64,000 bases of DNA from Elusimicrobia bacterium GWC2_64_44 (GCA_001799845.1 MGUG01000052.1:2075-66074); one strand, 5' to 3'; shown: positions 1 to 9,166, counted from the first letter of the stretch. The notes: generated by a model from the sequence alone, not told the origin. Made by a program: numbers and translations.

Positions 1-155
1 CCGGCCGCTACACCGACCGCTCCACCTCGGACATGATAAAGCAGGAGCCCAACGTCCGGGACTTCATAGAGAAACCCGTGAAGCCGCAGATACTGAGCTC
101 GCTGCTGCATAAGCTGCTTAAAACCCAGCCCGCGCTCAGAAAACCGGGGTTTTAA
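1..155 (+). CDS. C-terminal part of a response-regulator receiver domain (5' truncated by window edge)
   Basis: Frame from nt 3 reads GRYTDRSTSDMIKQEPNVRDFIEKPVKPQILSSLLHKLL...*; the FIEKP motif plus final helix is typical of a receiver domain. Confidence 0.7.
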   Translation, partial: GRYTDRSTSDMIKQEPNVRDFIEKPVKPQILSSLLHKLLKTQPALRKPGF

Positions 156-158
156 CCC

Positions 159-617
159 ATGTTCCGGACGCGGGGCACGGCGGCCTGGATCGCTATAGCG
201 GTCCCGGCCTTTTTTTTGCTGGCCGCGGCAGACCTGGGCCTGCGCTCGCGCGGAGCGCTGGCGCGTGGCGAGCAGCACGCCCGCTGGCGCGACTACCCGG
301 CCGAAAAGGCCGCCCATTTCAATTCCCTTTTCGCCCTCAGGGCCGCCGAAATAACGGCGGAGGCCGCGGCCGGCCGCCTGGCGCCGGAGCAGGCCGCGCG
401 GGCGGAGGCCCTGGCCGCCGCAGAGCGCGACCTGCAGCTGGTTGAGAGCTCAGCCAAGCAGGCCTGGCTCTGGTACCGCACCGCCGCGCGCGAATTCCGC
501 TCCCCCCTCAACCCCTGGGCCGCCAGGGCCGAAAAAGAACTTCCCGCGGCGCTCGCCGCCTGGCGCGCCGAGCTGCGCTCGCGCGGCGTAAAGACCGAAG
601 ACTGGATGCTGGAGTAG
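159..617 (+). CDS. hypothetical protein, N-terminal membrane anchor, helical
   Basis: 152-aa ORF tightly packed between co-directional genes; hydrophobic N-terminus. Confidence 0.65.
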   Translation: MFRTRGTAAWIAIAVPAFFLLAAADLGLRSRGALARGEQHARWRDYPAEKAAHFNSLFALRAAEITAEAAAGRLAPEQAARAEALAAAERDLQLVESSAKQAWLWYRTAAREFRSPLNPWAARAEKELPAALAAWRAELRSRGVKTEDWMLE

Positions 618-621
618 CCGC

Positions 622-1317
622 GTGCGCTGGCTGAAACCGCTCATAGGAATTGCCCTGGCCCCGGCGGCGCTCGCCGCCGTGTGGGCCACCGGGGCTGCCC
701 TCGGCCCCGCGCTGGGCAAATTCTCGGCCACGGCCCCGCTGCTGGGAGGCGCCGTGGCCGGCCTGCTGCTGCACGGGCTGGGCCGCGGCCGGCGCCTCTA
801 CGTGACCGCGCACGAGCTGACGCACGCGCTGGCGGCCGTGCTCTCCGGCGTCAAAGTGCGCAGGATCTCGGTAAAAAAGAGCAGCGGCTACGTGCTGCTG
901 GACTCCACCAACGCCTTCATCTCGCTGGCCCCGTATTTCATCCCCTTCTACACCCTGGCCGTCTCCGCCGCTTTCTGGACGGCGGGGCGCTTCTGGCCGG
1001 TGTCGCCGTACCGGCCTTGGTTCCTGGCCGCGGCGGGCTTCACGCTGGCGTTCCACCTGCTGCACACGGCCGACATCCTGACCGGCCCCGTGCAGAGCGA
1101 CCTGCGCAAGGCCGGCGGGGCCGTATTCTCGCTGCCGCTGCTGGTGCTGCTCAACTGCCTTGGCCTCGCCGCCGCGCTGCGCCTGCTGTTCCCCGGCCTG
1201 CTGAGCCTGCGCGCCTGGTGGGGCGGGATGCTGGAGGCGCAGGCAGCCGCCTACGCAGCCGTAGCCGGGGCCGCCCTCTACGTCTTCAATACTGCTAAAA
1301 TATACCTCAGGACATGA
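622..1317 (+). CDS. M50B-like membrane metallopeptidase
   Basis: HELTH (HExxH) motif, ISLAPYF and QSD segments, several TM helices. Confidence 0.7.
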   Translation: MRWLKPLIGIALAPAALAAVWATGAALGPALGKFSATAPLLGGAVAGLLLHGLGRGRRLYVTAHELTHALAAVLSGVKVRRISVKKSSGYVLLDSTNAFISLAPYFIPFYTLAVSAAFWTAGRFWPVSPYRPWFLAAAGFTLAFHLLHTADILTGPVQSDLRKAGGAVFSLPLLVLLNCLGLAAALRLLFPGLLSLRAWWGGMLEAQAAAYAAVAGAALYVFNTAKIYLRT

Positions 1318-3497
1318 AACTCGCTACCAAGATACTGGCCAGGGTGATCGTGCTGCCGCTGCTGCTGGCGGCCGGCCTGGTCGTCGCCGCGCTGCTCACG
1401 CTGCGCGTCATGTTCACCCCGGCCGACCTGGAGGCCGTGGTCACCAACCAGTTCCAGGAATTCCTCAGGCGTCCGGTGCAGATAGACTCCGCGCGCCTCT
1501 CCCTGACCGGCGAGATCCAGGTGCGCGGCCTGCGCGTCACCGAGCCCGGCCCCGAGACGGTGGAGTTCCTGAAGGCCGACTACATCTACGCCACCTACCG
1601 CGTCCTGCCGCTGCTGCAGCGCAAGCTGGAGATAGACAGCGTGGTGCTGGTGGCGCCGCAGATAGAGCTGTACAAGCGCGCCGACGGCACCTGGAACGTC
1701 TCCGACATCCTGGCCGCCTACCGGCACTCCGCCGGCCGGAACATGCTTAACAAGATAGATTCGGCCGAGGTCAAGGACGGGCGCGTCAACGTGACCTATG
1801 TCGCCACGAAGCGGCGGCACTCCCTGGAAAATTTCACCGCGTCCCTCTCCAACTTCAAACCGGGCGCAGATACGCCTTTCCACGCCTCGGTCTTCCTGAA
1901 GAGCGACGCCTTCCGGCGCCCGGTGACCGGCCGCCTCTACACGGAGGGCACGGTCAACTTCGCGGATTTCCGCTGGGAGGAGGCCGAGGTCAAGGACCTG
2001 CGGGCGGACCTGACCGTGCAGGAAAAGACCGTCTCTTTCGCCGGCCGGGCCAAGAACTTCCTCCGCCCCGAGGTGACCCTGCGGGCGGAGACGCCCCTCC
2101 TCAAGAGCTCGGACCTGGCCTTCTTCTTCGCGCCGCCCTTCAATTTCACGGCGCCGCGCGCCTCGTGGGACCTGAGCGCGGTGTTCCTCTCGTCGCGCAC
2201 GGCCGAGCTGCGCGTCGTGGCCCGCCCGCTGAATTTAAGGACGGAGGGCACCTTCGACTTCTCCAAGTCCACGCCGTCCTACTCGCTGACGGTCTCGGCG
2301 CCCCCCATCAAGCTGGACCTGCTCAAGCGCTACGGCGCCGCGCTGCCGGTGGAGAACCCCTCCGGCACGGTGCAGCTGCGTATGAAGATCTCCTCGAAGA
2401 ACGGCCAGCCGGTGCTGTCCCGCTTCTTCATCAACACCAGCGGCGCCGGCCTTAAGTACCGCAACCTCACCATCTCCGGCGCCGACCTGGCCGCGCTGCT
2501 GTCGGAGAACTTCGCCAGCAACTTCGCCAACGCCACCAGGGGCAAGGTCACGCTGGACGCCAACACCATGGCCAACGTCCGGCTGAAGACCGAGATCACA
2601 CGCAGCCAGATGCTCTACACCTACTCGGGTAATTTCAACGGGAGCTTCGCCAAGGGCCGCATCCTCGTCAGGAAGCCGTTCTCGTCGGAGCGCATCCTGG
2701 AGCTGACCGGCTACTCCGCCGCGGTGGTCTACTCGGAGCTCAAGGACCTGGTCTTCGGCATCAAGGACCTGCGCGGGCCGCGGGTCGGCATGCCCGAGGT
2801 GGAGGCCAGCCTGGCCTGGCTGAAGACCCTGAAGAACTCCATCCCGATGGGCTTCTCCGGCTTCAAACTGCTCTACAAGACCGATAAATACAGGCACGAA
2901 TATATGGATGCGGCGGATTTCTACGCGCAGGCCTCGCTGCGCGACATAGCCGGCGACATCTCCAAGATCCGCGGCGACATCTCCTTCCGGGCGGGCGCCG
3001 GCACCTTCTACGACGTGCAGCGGACCTCGGAGAAAGACCGCGTCTTCTACCTCTTCTCCCTGCCGCTGACCTTCATTCACCGCATGAACCGCACCGGGGC
3101 GCTGAAGTTCGGCTACAAGGTCAAGGATATCTCGTTCACCTCCATCGGCGGCGACTACTACGCCGACGGCGGCAAGGTGGAGATCAAGAACTTCTGGCTG
3201 GAAGGCAAGGAGTTCTCGGCCGCCGTCACCGGGCAGCTGGATTTTTACAACGAAACGATGGACGTAAAAATTTATACAATATCTGGTAAGTATTATTCGA
3301 TGGGGAGCCTCCCGGAGGCCCTCACCGATTCGAGCGGCAAGCCGGCGCTGGCCTTCACGCTGAAGGGCAAGATGGCCGACCCCAAGTTCGAGATGGTCAG
3401 CCCCGCAGGCAGCGGCGACCGCATCAGGGAAGCCGCGGGCAAAGGCGCGCAGATAGATTTCGCGGGGATAGACGCTTTCGCAGGAGGAAAAAAATAA
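1314..3497 (+). CDS. AsmA-family protein
   Basis: N-terminal TM anchor, AsmA-like 'L..P.I.L.K.ADGTWN.SD' segment, beta-rich body, C-terminal 'FTLKGKMADP'. Confidence 0.75.
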   Translation: MKLATKILARVIVLPLLLAAGLVVAALLTLRVMFTPADLEAVVTNQFQEFLRRPVQIDSARLSLTGEIQVRGLRVTEPGPETVEFLKADYIYATYRVLPLLQRKLEIDSVVLVAPQIELYKRADGTWNVSDILAAYRHSAGRNMLNKIDSAEVKDGRVNVTYVATKRRHSLENFTASLSNFKPGADTPFHASVFLKSDAFRRPVTGRLYTEGTVNFADFRWEEAEVKDLRADLTVQEKTVSFAGRAKNFLRPEVTLRAETPLLKSSDLAFFFAPPFNFTAPRASWDLSAVFLSSRTAELRVVARPLNLRTEGTFDFSKSTPSYSLTVSAPPIKLDLLKRYGAALPVENPSGTVQLRMKISSKNGQPVLSRFFINTSGAGLKYRNLTISGADLAALLSENFASNFANATRGKVTLDANTMANVRLKTEITRSQMLYTYSGNFNGSFAKGRILVRKPFSSERILELTGYSAAVVYSELKDLVFGIKDLRGPRVGMPEVEASLAWLKTLKNSIPMGFSGFKLLYKTDKYRHEYMDAADFYAQASLRDIAGDISKIRGDISFRAGAGTFYDVQRTSEKDRVFYLFSLPLTFIHRMNRTGALKFGYKVKDISFTSIGGDYYADGGKVEIKNFWLEGKEFSAAVTGQLDFYNETMDVKIYTISGKYYSMGSLPEALTDSSGKPALAFTLKGKMADPKFEMVSPAGSGDRIREAAGKGAQIDFAGIDAFAGGKK

Positions 3498-4090
3498 TGT
3501 CCAAGCTAGGCAAATTTGACGTCGTAGGGCTGCTGCAGGAGCACGGTGCCATCCTCAACGGCCATTTCCAGATCCCTTCGGGCTTCCACACCCAGACCTA
3601 CATTCAGCCGTCCCTGGTGCTGCAGTACCCGCACCTGGCGCAGAAGGTGGCCAAGGAAATGGCCGCCAAGTTCCCGCAGGAGATCAACGTCGTCATCTCC
3701 CCCTCCGTCGGCTCCATGTCCATCGGCCAGGAAGTGGCCCGCGTTAAGAAAGCCCGCTCCATCTTCACCGAGAAGATCAACGGCGTGATGGTGCTCAAGC
3801 GCGATTTCAAGATCTCCGAGGGCGAGCGCGTGCTCGTTGTCGACGACGTGCTGAACTCCGGCCGCATGTGCGGAGAGGCCATCAACCTGGCCCGCGGCTA
3901 CGGCGCCAAGGTCATAGGCGTGGCCGCCATCGTGGACCGCTCCACCGGCGACCTGACGCTGAACGTCCCCGTGCGCGGGCTGATCTCCTACCCGCTGCAG
4001 CTTTTCCCGCCGGACAACTGCCCGCTCTGCCGGCAGAAGCTCCCGCTGACCATTCCCGGCTCTTCCGCGCACCACGTGCACGGCGAGTAG
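3497..4090 (+). CDS. pyrE: orotate phosphoribosyltransferase (divergent)
   Basis: GAILNGHF..SG.H..Y start, PRT motif VLVVDDVLNSG, IVDRS, C-terminal CPLC..PGS. Confidence 0.75.
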   Translation: MSKLGKFDVVGLLQEHGAILNGHFQIPSGFHTQTYIQPSLVLQYPHLAQKVAKEMAAKFPQEINVVISPSVGSMSIGQEVARVKKARSIFTEKINGVMVLKRDFKISEGERVLVVDDVLNSGRMCGEAINLARGYGAKVIGVAAIVDRSTGDLTLNVPVRGLISYPLQLFPPDNCPLCRQKLPLTIPGSSAHHVHGE

Positions 4091-4098
4091 GCCGCTCC

Positions 4099-4120
4099 GG
4101 GGCGGGCTCTCCGCCCCTTT
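4099..4120 (+). terminator. hairpin, possible weak intrinsic terminator
   Basis: GGGGCGG-gctct-CCGCCCC followed by TTT just after the pyrE stop. Confidence 0.45.
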
Positions 4121-4131
4121 CGTTGTCTTCT

Positions 4132-4917
4132 ATGAAAACAAAGTACGTCGCCCTCCTGTCGGACTTCGGCATGAACGACCCCTTCGTCGCGGCCATGAAG
4201 GGCGTGCTGCTTTCCCGCGCCCCGGGACTCACCATCATAGACATCACGCACCAGGTGCCGCCTCAGGACGTGCAGACCGCGGCCTTCTACCTGATGACGG
4301 CCATCCCGTACATGCCCAAGGGCACGCTGTTCATGACCGTAGTGGACCCGACGGTGGGCACCGGCCGCGGCATCGTCTGGGCCAAGACCGCGGCGCACCA
4401 GTTCATCGCACCGGACAACGGCCTGCTAAGCTGGGTGGAGCAGAAGGAGAAGATCGTTGAGGCCCGCTTCATCAGCAATTCCTCGCTGTTCCTGGACACC
4501 ATCAGCTCCACCTTCCACGGGCGCGACATCATGGCCCCGGTGGCGGCCGCCATAGCCAAGGGCCTCCCCGAGAAGAAGCTGGGCCCCCTCTTCCCCGACT
4601 ACCGCCGCCTCCCCTTCCCGCAGCCGGTCAGGGCGGGCAACCGCGTGACCGGGCAGGTGATAGCCATAGACCATTTCGGCAACGTGGTGACCAACATAAA
4701 GCGCGACTACCTCAGCGCCCGCGCCGTCTTCAACCTGGCCGGCCGCATGCTCAAGGACCTCAAGCTCACCTACGCCTCCGTCCCCGAGGGCGAGGCGCTC
4801 GCTGTCATCGGCTCTTTCGGTTTCCTGGAATTTTCGGTCCGCAACGGCAACTTCGCCAGGACCTTCGACGTAAAGATCGGCTCCCCGGTGGAAGCCATCG
4901 TCTCGCTTGATGAATAA
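4132..4917 (+). CDS. SAM hydroxide adenosyltransferase (DUF62, fluorinase/chlorinase superfamily)
   Basis: LLSDFG, VVDPTVGTGR, APDNGLL, STFHGRD and IDHFGN motifs; start moved to ATG 4132. Confidence 0.9.
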   Translation: MKTKYVALLSDFGMNDPFVAAMKGVLLSRAPGLTIIDITHQVPPQDVQTAAFYLMTAIPYMPKGTLFMTVVDPTVGTGRGIVWAKTAAHQFIAPDNGLLSWVEQKEKIVEARFISNSSLFLDTISSTFHGRDIMAPVAAAIAKGLPEKKLGPLFPDYRRLPFPQPVRAGNRVTGQVIAIDHFGNVVTNIKRDYLSARAVFNLAGRMLKDLKLTYASVPEGEALAVIGSFGFLEFSVRNGNFARTFDVKIGSPVEAIVSLDE

Positions 4918-6094
4918 TATAAAAACACTGAAACTTAAGCGCGACGCCCTCAAGCGCCGCGCGTTCGGCCACTCCTGGGTGTTCTCCAACGAGCTCGAGC
5001 TCGTAGACACCTCCATCCCGCCCGGCACCATCTGCGGGCTGACCTACCACGACGGCAGACCGGCCGGCGTCGGCTTCTTCAACCCGAAGAGCCTCATCGC
5101 CTTCCGCCTGCTGGTGCAGAACACCGCCGTGCTGCCGGAGGATTTCCTGAAGGCGCGCCTGGCCGCCGCGCTGAGCTACCGCGAGGAGCTGGGCATCGAC
5201 CGCGCCTGCCGCCTGTGCTTCGGCGAGTCCGACGGCCTGCCCGGCCTGGTGGTGGACCGCTACGGCGACGCCGTGGTGATAGAGCTGCTCTCCGCCGGCA
5301 TGGAACTGATGAAGGACCAGATCACCGCCGCGCTGACGGACCTGCTGCGCCCCAAGGGCATCTACTACAAGAACGACCACCAGTTCCGCGAGCTCGAGGG
5401 CCTGAAGTCCTACGAGGAGACCGCCTTCGGCGTGATGCCGGAGACGGTGCGCATCGAAGAGAACGGCCTCAAGTTCGACATCCCCATGGCCGGCGGGCAG
5501 AAGACCGGCTGGTACTTCGACCAGCGCGAGAACCGCGCCGCGCTCGCCCCCTTCTTCAAGGGCCGGCGCGTGCTGGACCTGCACACCTACCTGGGCGCCT
5601 TCGCCATCATGGCGGCCAAGTCAGGGGCCGAGGCCGTCTGGGCCGTGGACTCCTCCGAGAAGGCCATCGAGTCAGCACAGGCCAACGCCGCGCTCAACGG
5701 CGTGGAGAAGGAGGTCCTCTTCCGCAAAGAGAAGGCAGAGCGCCTGATCGAGGCCCTCGAGGCGGGCGACCTCCCCGAGAAGCCGGACTTCATCCTGCTC
5801 GACCCGCCGAACATCGTGCGCAACAAGAAGCACCTGCCGCAGGCGCTGAAGATGCTGTCGCGCATGGCCGGCGCCGCGCTGAAGTCGCTGCCCAAGGGCG
5901 GCTACCTCGCGGTCTCGACCTGCTCGCACCATATCTCGCGCGGGATGTTCGTGGAGACGCTCTCCGCGGCCGCCGCCAAGGCCGGCCGCCAGGCCGTGAT
6001 GGTGGAGCTGCGCGGGCAGGCCAAGGACCACCCGATCCTGATCAGCATGCCGGAGACGGAGTACCTGCACTTCGCGCTGCTGCGCGTGGTCTAG
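4910..6094 (+). CDS. rlmI: RlmI-family 23S rRNA m5C methyltransferase
   Basis: PUA-like N-terminus, ESDGLPGLVVDRY, GQKTGWYFDQRENR, LDPP, DHP..PETEYL. Confidence 0.85.
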   Translation: MNNIKTLKLKRDALKRRAFGHSWVFSNELELVDTSIPPGTICGLTYHDGRPAGVGFFNPKSLIAFRLLVQNTAVLPEDFLKARLAAALSYREELGIDRACRLCFGESDGLPGLVVDRYGDAVVIELLSAGMELMKDQITAALTDLLRPKGIYYKNDHQFRELEGLKSYEETAFGVMPETVRIEENGLKFDIPMAGGQKTGWYFDQRENRAALAPFFKGRRVLDLHTYLGAFAIMAAKSGAEAVWAVDSSEKAIESAQANAALNGVEKEVLFRKEKAERLIEALEAGDLPEKPDFILLDPPNIVRNKKHLPQALKMLSRMAGAALKSLPKGGYLAVSTCSHHISRGMFVETLSAAAAKAGRQAVMVELRGQAKDHPILISMPETEYLHFALLRVV

Positions 6095-6105
6095 ATACCC
6101 GCCGT

Positions 6106-6144
6106 AAAAAAGAAAAAGGGCCCGAGCGGGCCCTTTTTTCTTTT
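6106..6144. terminator. bidirectional intrinsic terminator
   Basis: A-tract, GGGCCC/GGGCCC stem, T-tract between convergent genes. Confidence 0.85.
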
Positions 6145-6157
6145 GCGCTGCGCGCGG

Positions 6158-6526
6158 TTAAATAATGCTTTTCACTACCTTGAGGATCTCGGCCTTGCTC
6201 GACGGCTTGGTGATGTAGGTCTTGGCGCCGTAGGAGATAGCCTGCTGGATCTCGTTGATGCTGCCCTCGACGGTGAGCATCACCACCTGCGAGCCGTGGG
6301 TGACCTTGTCGTCCTTGATGGCCTTGCAGGCCTTCAGGCCGTCCATCACGGGCATGTGGATGTCGAGCATGATTAGCGCGGGCAGCTCCTTGCGCGCCAG
6401 TTCCACGGCTTCCTGGCCGTTCTCGGCCTTGATGACCTGGTAGCCCTCGGCCTCGAGCATAGAGCTGAGGGTCTCGAGCATCTCGGCGTCGTCGTCGGCT
6501 ATCAGGATCTTGTTGTGGAGGGGCAT
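6158..6526 (-). CDS. single-domain response regulator (CheY-like)
   Basis: ILIADDD, LDIHMPVMDG, LT, YITKP. Confidence 0.9.
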   Translation of the reverse strand: MPLHNKILIADDDAEMLETLSSMLEAEGYQVIKAENGQEAVELARKELPALIMLDIHMPVMDGLKACKAIKDDKVTHGSQVVMLTVEGSINEIQQAISYGAKTYITKPSSKAEILKVVKSII

Positions 6527-6548
6527 ATGAACTCCGGGAAAGAAAAAT

Positions 6549-6620
6549 TGCCGCGGGTTGGGATCGAACCAACGACACCCGGTTTTTCAGACCGGTGCTC
6601 TACCACTGAGCTACCGCGGC
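6549..6620 (-). tRNA. tRNA-Phe (GAA), CCA not encoded
   Basis: Minus strand GCCGCGGTAGCTCAGTGGTAGAGC-A-CCGGT-CTGAAAA-ACCGG...GTTCGATCC...CCGCGGCA folds as a cloverleaf with GAA anticodon. Confidence 0.95.
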
Positions 6621-6677
6621 AAAATGTGGTAAGACTGCTTTTCAATAATAGCATTTTTGAAAACGCCGCAAAAGACG

Positions 6678-7697
6678 CTATTTCAGTTCCAGCACTTCGT
6701 GCAGGCCGGGGCCGTAGGAGATCAGCTCCACTTTGGGGTACGGGTAGCAGGCGCAGACCTTCTCCAGCGTGCCCAGGAATTTCTTCGCCTCGCCGGTAAA
6801 GCTCTGAATCCCCCTCGAGATATCCGCGCCACCGAGCAGGTCGATGTGCGTTATCGCCAGCTTGGTGGCGGAGTTCACGCGCACCGTCTGCAGGGCCACG
6901 TCCAGCTCGAAGGCGCCCACCCGGCGCAGGCGGCCGCTGACGCTGCCCACCTCGCGTCCGGCGGTGTGGTACTTCGTCAGTTTCGCCTTATCCTTCAGCT
7001 CGTTGGCCACCATGCCGGGGCCCACGCGCGTGACATAGGGCTTGAAGATGGCGTAGACGTCGCCGGCGTACTTGGGGCCGAGGCCGGCCTCGCCCATAAA
7101 GGTGGAGGCGGTGGTGTCGCGGGAGGTGACGAAGGGATACTCGCCGTGCAGGTTGGACAGTTTCATCCCCTGCGTGCCTTCCAGCAGCATGTTGGCGCCC
7201 TTGGCCAGGGCCTTGTTGAGGAGCTCCGGCACGTCCTTCACGTATTTCTTCAGGCGCGGGTGGTCCTTGGCGAAGGTCAGTTTCTTGCGGTCCACCCGGT
7301 CGCGCACGGCGGCGCCGAGGCCGGTGCCGACGCTGCCGATCTTACCCATCATGCGGGCGTCGGCGCGCTCGGCCGCGGTGTGGCGCGGCTCTATTATCAC
7401 GACGTGCGGGTCGATGATGAGCCGGCTCCCCGCGCCGGTCAGCGCTATTTCTTTCTCCAGCCAGTCCGGGATGATATAGGTGCCCGCGCCCAGCACCAGC
7501 TTGGTGCGCGGGTTCACGAAGGCCCCCGGCATGGTCTTGAGCGTATAGATCTTATCCTTGTAGAAGATCGTGTGGCCGGCGTTGGGGCCGCCGACGCGTA
7601 TGGCGTAATCGTAATTTTTCTTCACCGCGAGGAAGGCGCAGATCTTGCCCTTGCCCTCGTCGCCCGCCTGGCCTCCGACAACTATATCAACAGGCAT
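6678..7697 (-). CDS. purA: adenylosuccinate synthetase, short (339 aa) archaeal-like form
   Basis: GGQAGDEGKGK, GGPNAGHT, EGTQG, YPFVTS, YVTRVGPG, GRLRRVG. Confidence 0.92.
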   Translation of the reverse strand: MPVDIVVGGQAGDEGKGKICAFLAVKKNYDYAIRVGGPNAGHTIFYKDKIYTLKTMPGAFVNPRTKLVLGAGTYIIPDWLEKEIALTGAGSRLIIDPHVVIIEPRHTAAERADARMMGKIGSVGTGLGAAVRDRVDRKKLTFAKDHPRLKKYVKDVPELLNKALAKGANMLLEGTQGMKLSNLHGEYPFVTSRDTTASTFMGEAGLGPKYAGDVYAIFKPYVTRVGPGMVANELKDKAKLTKYHTAGREVGSVSGRLRRVGAFELDVALQTVRVNSATKLAITHIDLLGGADISRGIQSFTGEAKKFLGTLEKVCACYPYPKVELISYGPGLHEVLELK

Positions 7698-7700
7698 GTT

Positions 7701-9086
7701 CTACCTCCGTTTGGCTATCTTAGCAGCGAGCCCCGTGTAGTTAAGGGGCGTCAGATCGTGCAGCTCCGCTTTGACCGCGGGCTTGAGCGGCAGGCCGTAG
7801 ATGAACTCCTTCATCTCGCCGGCGGTGACCGAGCGGCCGCGCGTGAACTTGCTGAGCAGCTCGTACGGGCCGTGCTCGCCGTCGCGCCGCAAGATGGTCT
7901 GTATGCCCTCGGCCAGCACCTCTGGGTGGGCCGCCAGCTCGGCCGCGGCCGCGGCCTCGTCGGGCGCGCAGCGGCCCAGGCCGGCCATGACGGACTTGTA
8001 CGCCGCGAGCGCGTGGCCGAAGGCCGCGCCGAAGTTGCGCTCCACCGTGGAATCGGAGAGGTCGCGCTGCAGGCGCGAGACCGGCAGCTTCGCCGAGAAG
8101 AAGCCCAACTGGGCGTTGGCCAGGCCCAGGTTGCCCTCGGCGTTCTCGAAGTGTATCGGGTTCACCTTCTGCGGCATCGTGGAGGAACCTACTTCCCCCG
8201 CCACCGCCCGCTGCTTCACCAGCCCCGCGGAGATGTAGCGCCACATGTCCTGGCAGAAGGCCAGCAGGATGGTGTTGGCGCGGCGCAGATTGTCGAACAG
8301 TTCGGCGTAGGTGTCGTGCGGCTCTATCTGCGTGGTGACCGGGTTGAACTCCAGGCCGCCGAAGCCCTCGACGAACTCCTTCGAGAACTTCTGCCAGTCC
8401 ACCTTGGGATAGGCCGCGGTGTGCGCGTTGTAGTTGCCGGAGGCGCCGTTGAGCTTGGCGCAGATCTTCAGCGCCTTGAGCTGGCGCACCTGCCGGGCCA
8501 GCCGGGCGTGGAACACGCGGAACTCCTTGCCGAAGGTGGTGGGCACGGCGGGCTGGCCGTGCGTACGGGCGAGCAGCGGGGCCGCGGCGTGCTTCTGCGC
8601 CAGCGCGTCCAGCGCGGCAAGGATCTCTTCCAGCGCGGGCAGGAGCTCCGAGCGCAGGCAGTCGCGCAGCATCAGCGCGTAGGAGATATTGTTAACGTCC
8701 TCGGAGGTCAGCGCGAAGTGCACCAGCTCGGTCAGGTCGCGCAGGGAGGTGCGGCGCAGACGCTCTTTCAGGAAGTATTCCACCGCTTTCACGTCGTGGC
8801 GGGTGGCCGGCACCGTGCCATGGCCCCGCTCTTCTATCTCGATGACGTGCAGCACGTCCGCGTCGGAAAGCAGGGGGAGTTTCTCCAGCGCCTTCTTCTC
8901 GGCGGCCGAGAGGCGGCGGGCCTTCACTCCCGGGGTGGCGCAGAGCTTGGCCAGGTAGCGGCATTCCACCTGCGCGCGGTAGCGGGCCAGGGCGCCTTCG
9001 CCGCACAGGCGCGAGAGGCCTTGCAGTTTGTCGGCGTAGCGCCCGTCCAGCGGGCTTAAAGCTTCGGTATTGCGGCTCCGCGCCAT
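7701..9086 (-). CDS. purB: adenylosuccinate lyase
   Basis: LSPLDGRY, HDVKAVEY, RTHGQPA.PTT.GKE, SSTMPQKVNPI. Confidence 0.95.
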   Translation of the reverse strand: MARSRNTEALSPLDGRYADKLQGLSRLCGEGALARYRAQVECRYLAKLCATPGVKARRLSAAEKKALEKLPLLSDADVLHVIEIEERGHGTVPATRHDVKAVEYFLKERLRRTSLRDLTELVHFALTSEDVNNISYALMLRDCLRSELLPALEEILAALDALAQKHAAAPLLARTHGQPAVPTTFGKEFRVFHARLARQVRQLKALKICAKLNGASGNYNAHTAAYPKVDWQKFSKEFVEGFGGLEFNPVTTQIEPHDTYAELFDNLRRANTILLAFCQDMWRYISAGLVKQRAVAGEVGSSTMPQKVNPIHFENAEGNLGLANAQLGFFSAKLPVSRLQRDLSDSTVERNFGAAFGHALAAYKSVMAGLGRCAPDEAAAAAELAAHPEVLAEGIQTILRRDGEHGPYELLSKFTRGRSVTAGEMKEFIYGLPLKPAVKAELHDLTPLNYTGLAAKIAKRR

Positions 9087-9151
9087 AGTTGCCTCCAGTA
9101 AAGTCTACCCTATTATTACAAATAGCAAGCCCGAGTTAAACCCCGCAGTTT

Positions 9152-9160
9152 TGCTACAAT
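9152..9160 (+). promoter_or_regulatory. extended -10 element, leaderless configuration
   Basis: TG-C-TACAAT 6 nt before ATG 9167, no Shine-Dalgarno. Confidence 0.6.
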
Positions 9161-9166
9161 ATTCCA

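Noticed and set aside
3868-4131. N-terminal extensions given in the ORF track (also at 43308, 44797, 48533, 50799, 54451, 43269, 34286)
   Set aside because: They overlap neighbouring genes or lack homology motifs; starts were moved to downstream codons supported by SD, overlap or motif
4132-4917. Fluorinase or chlorinase
   Set aside because: It has the Asp-Arg-His residues of hydroxide-type DUF62 enzymes and no secondary-metabolite context
6549-6620. tRNA-targeted genomic island
   Set aside because: No integrase and no duplicated tRNA 3' end noticed in the window
6657-9059. 800-aa plus-strand ORF, and similar long antisense ORFs (e.g. 14908-16329, 30056-31531, 31683-34244, 51627-53825)
   Set aside because: They are antisense shadows of motif-supported genes, expected in high-GC DNA, and carry no recognisable motifs
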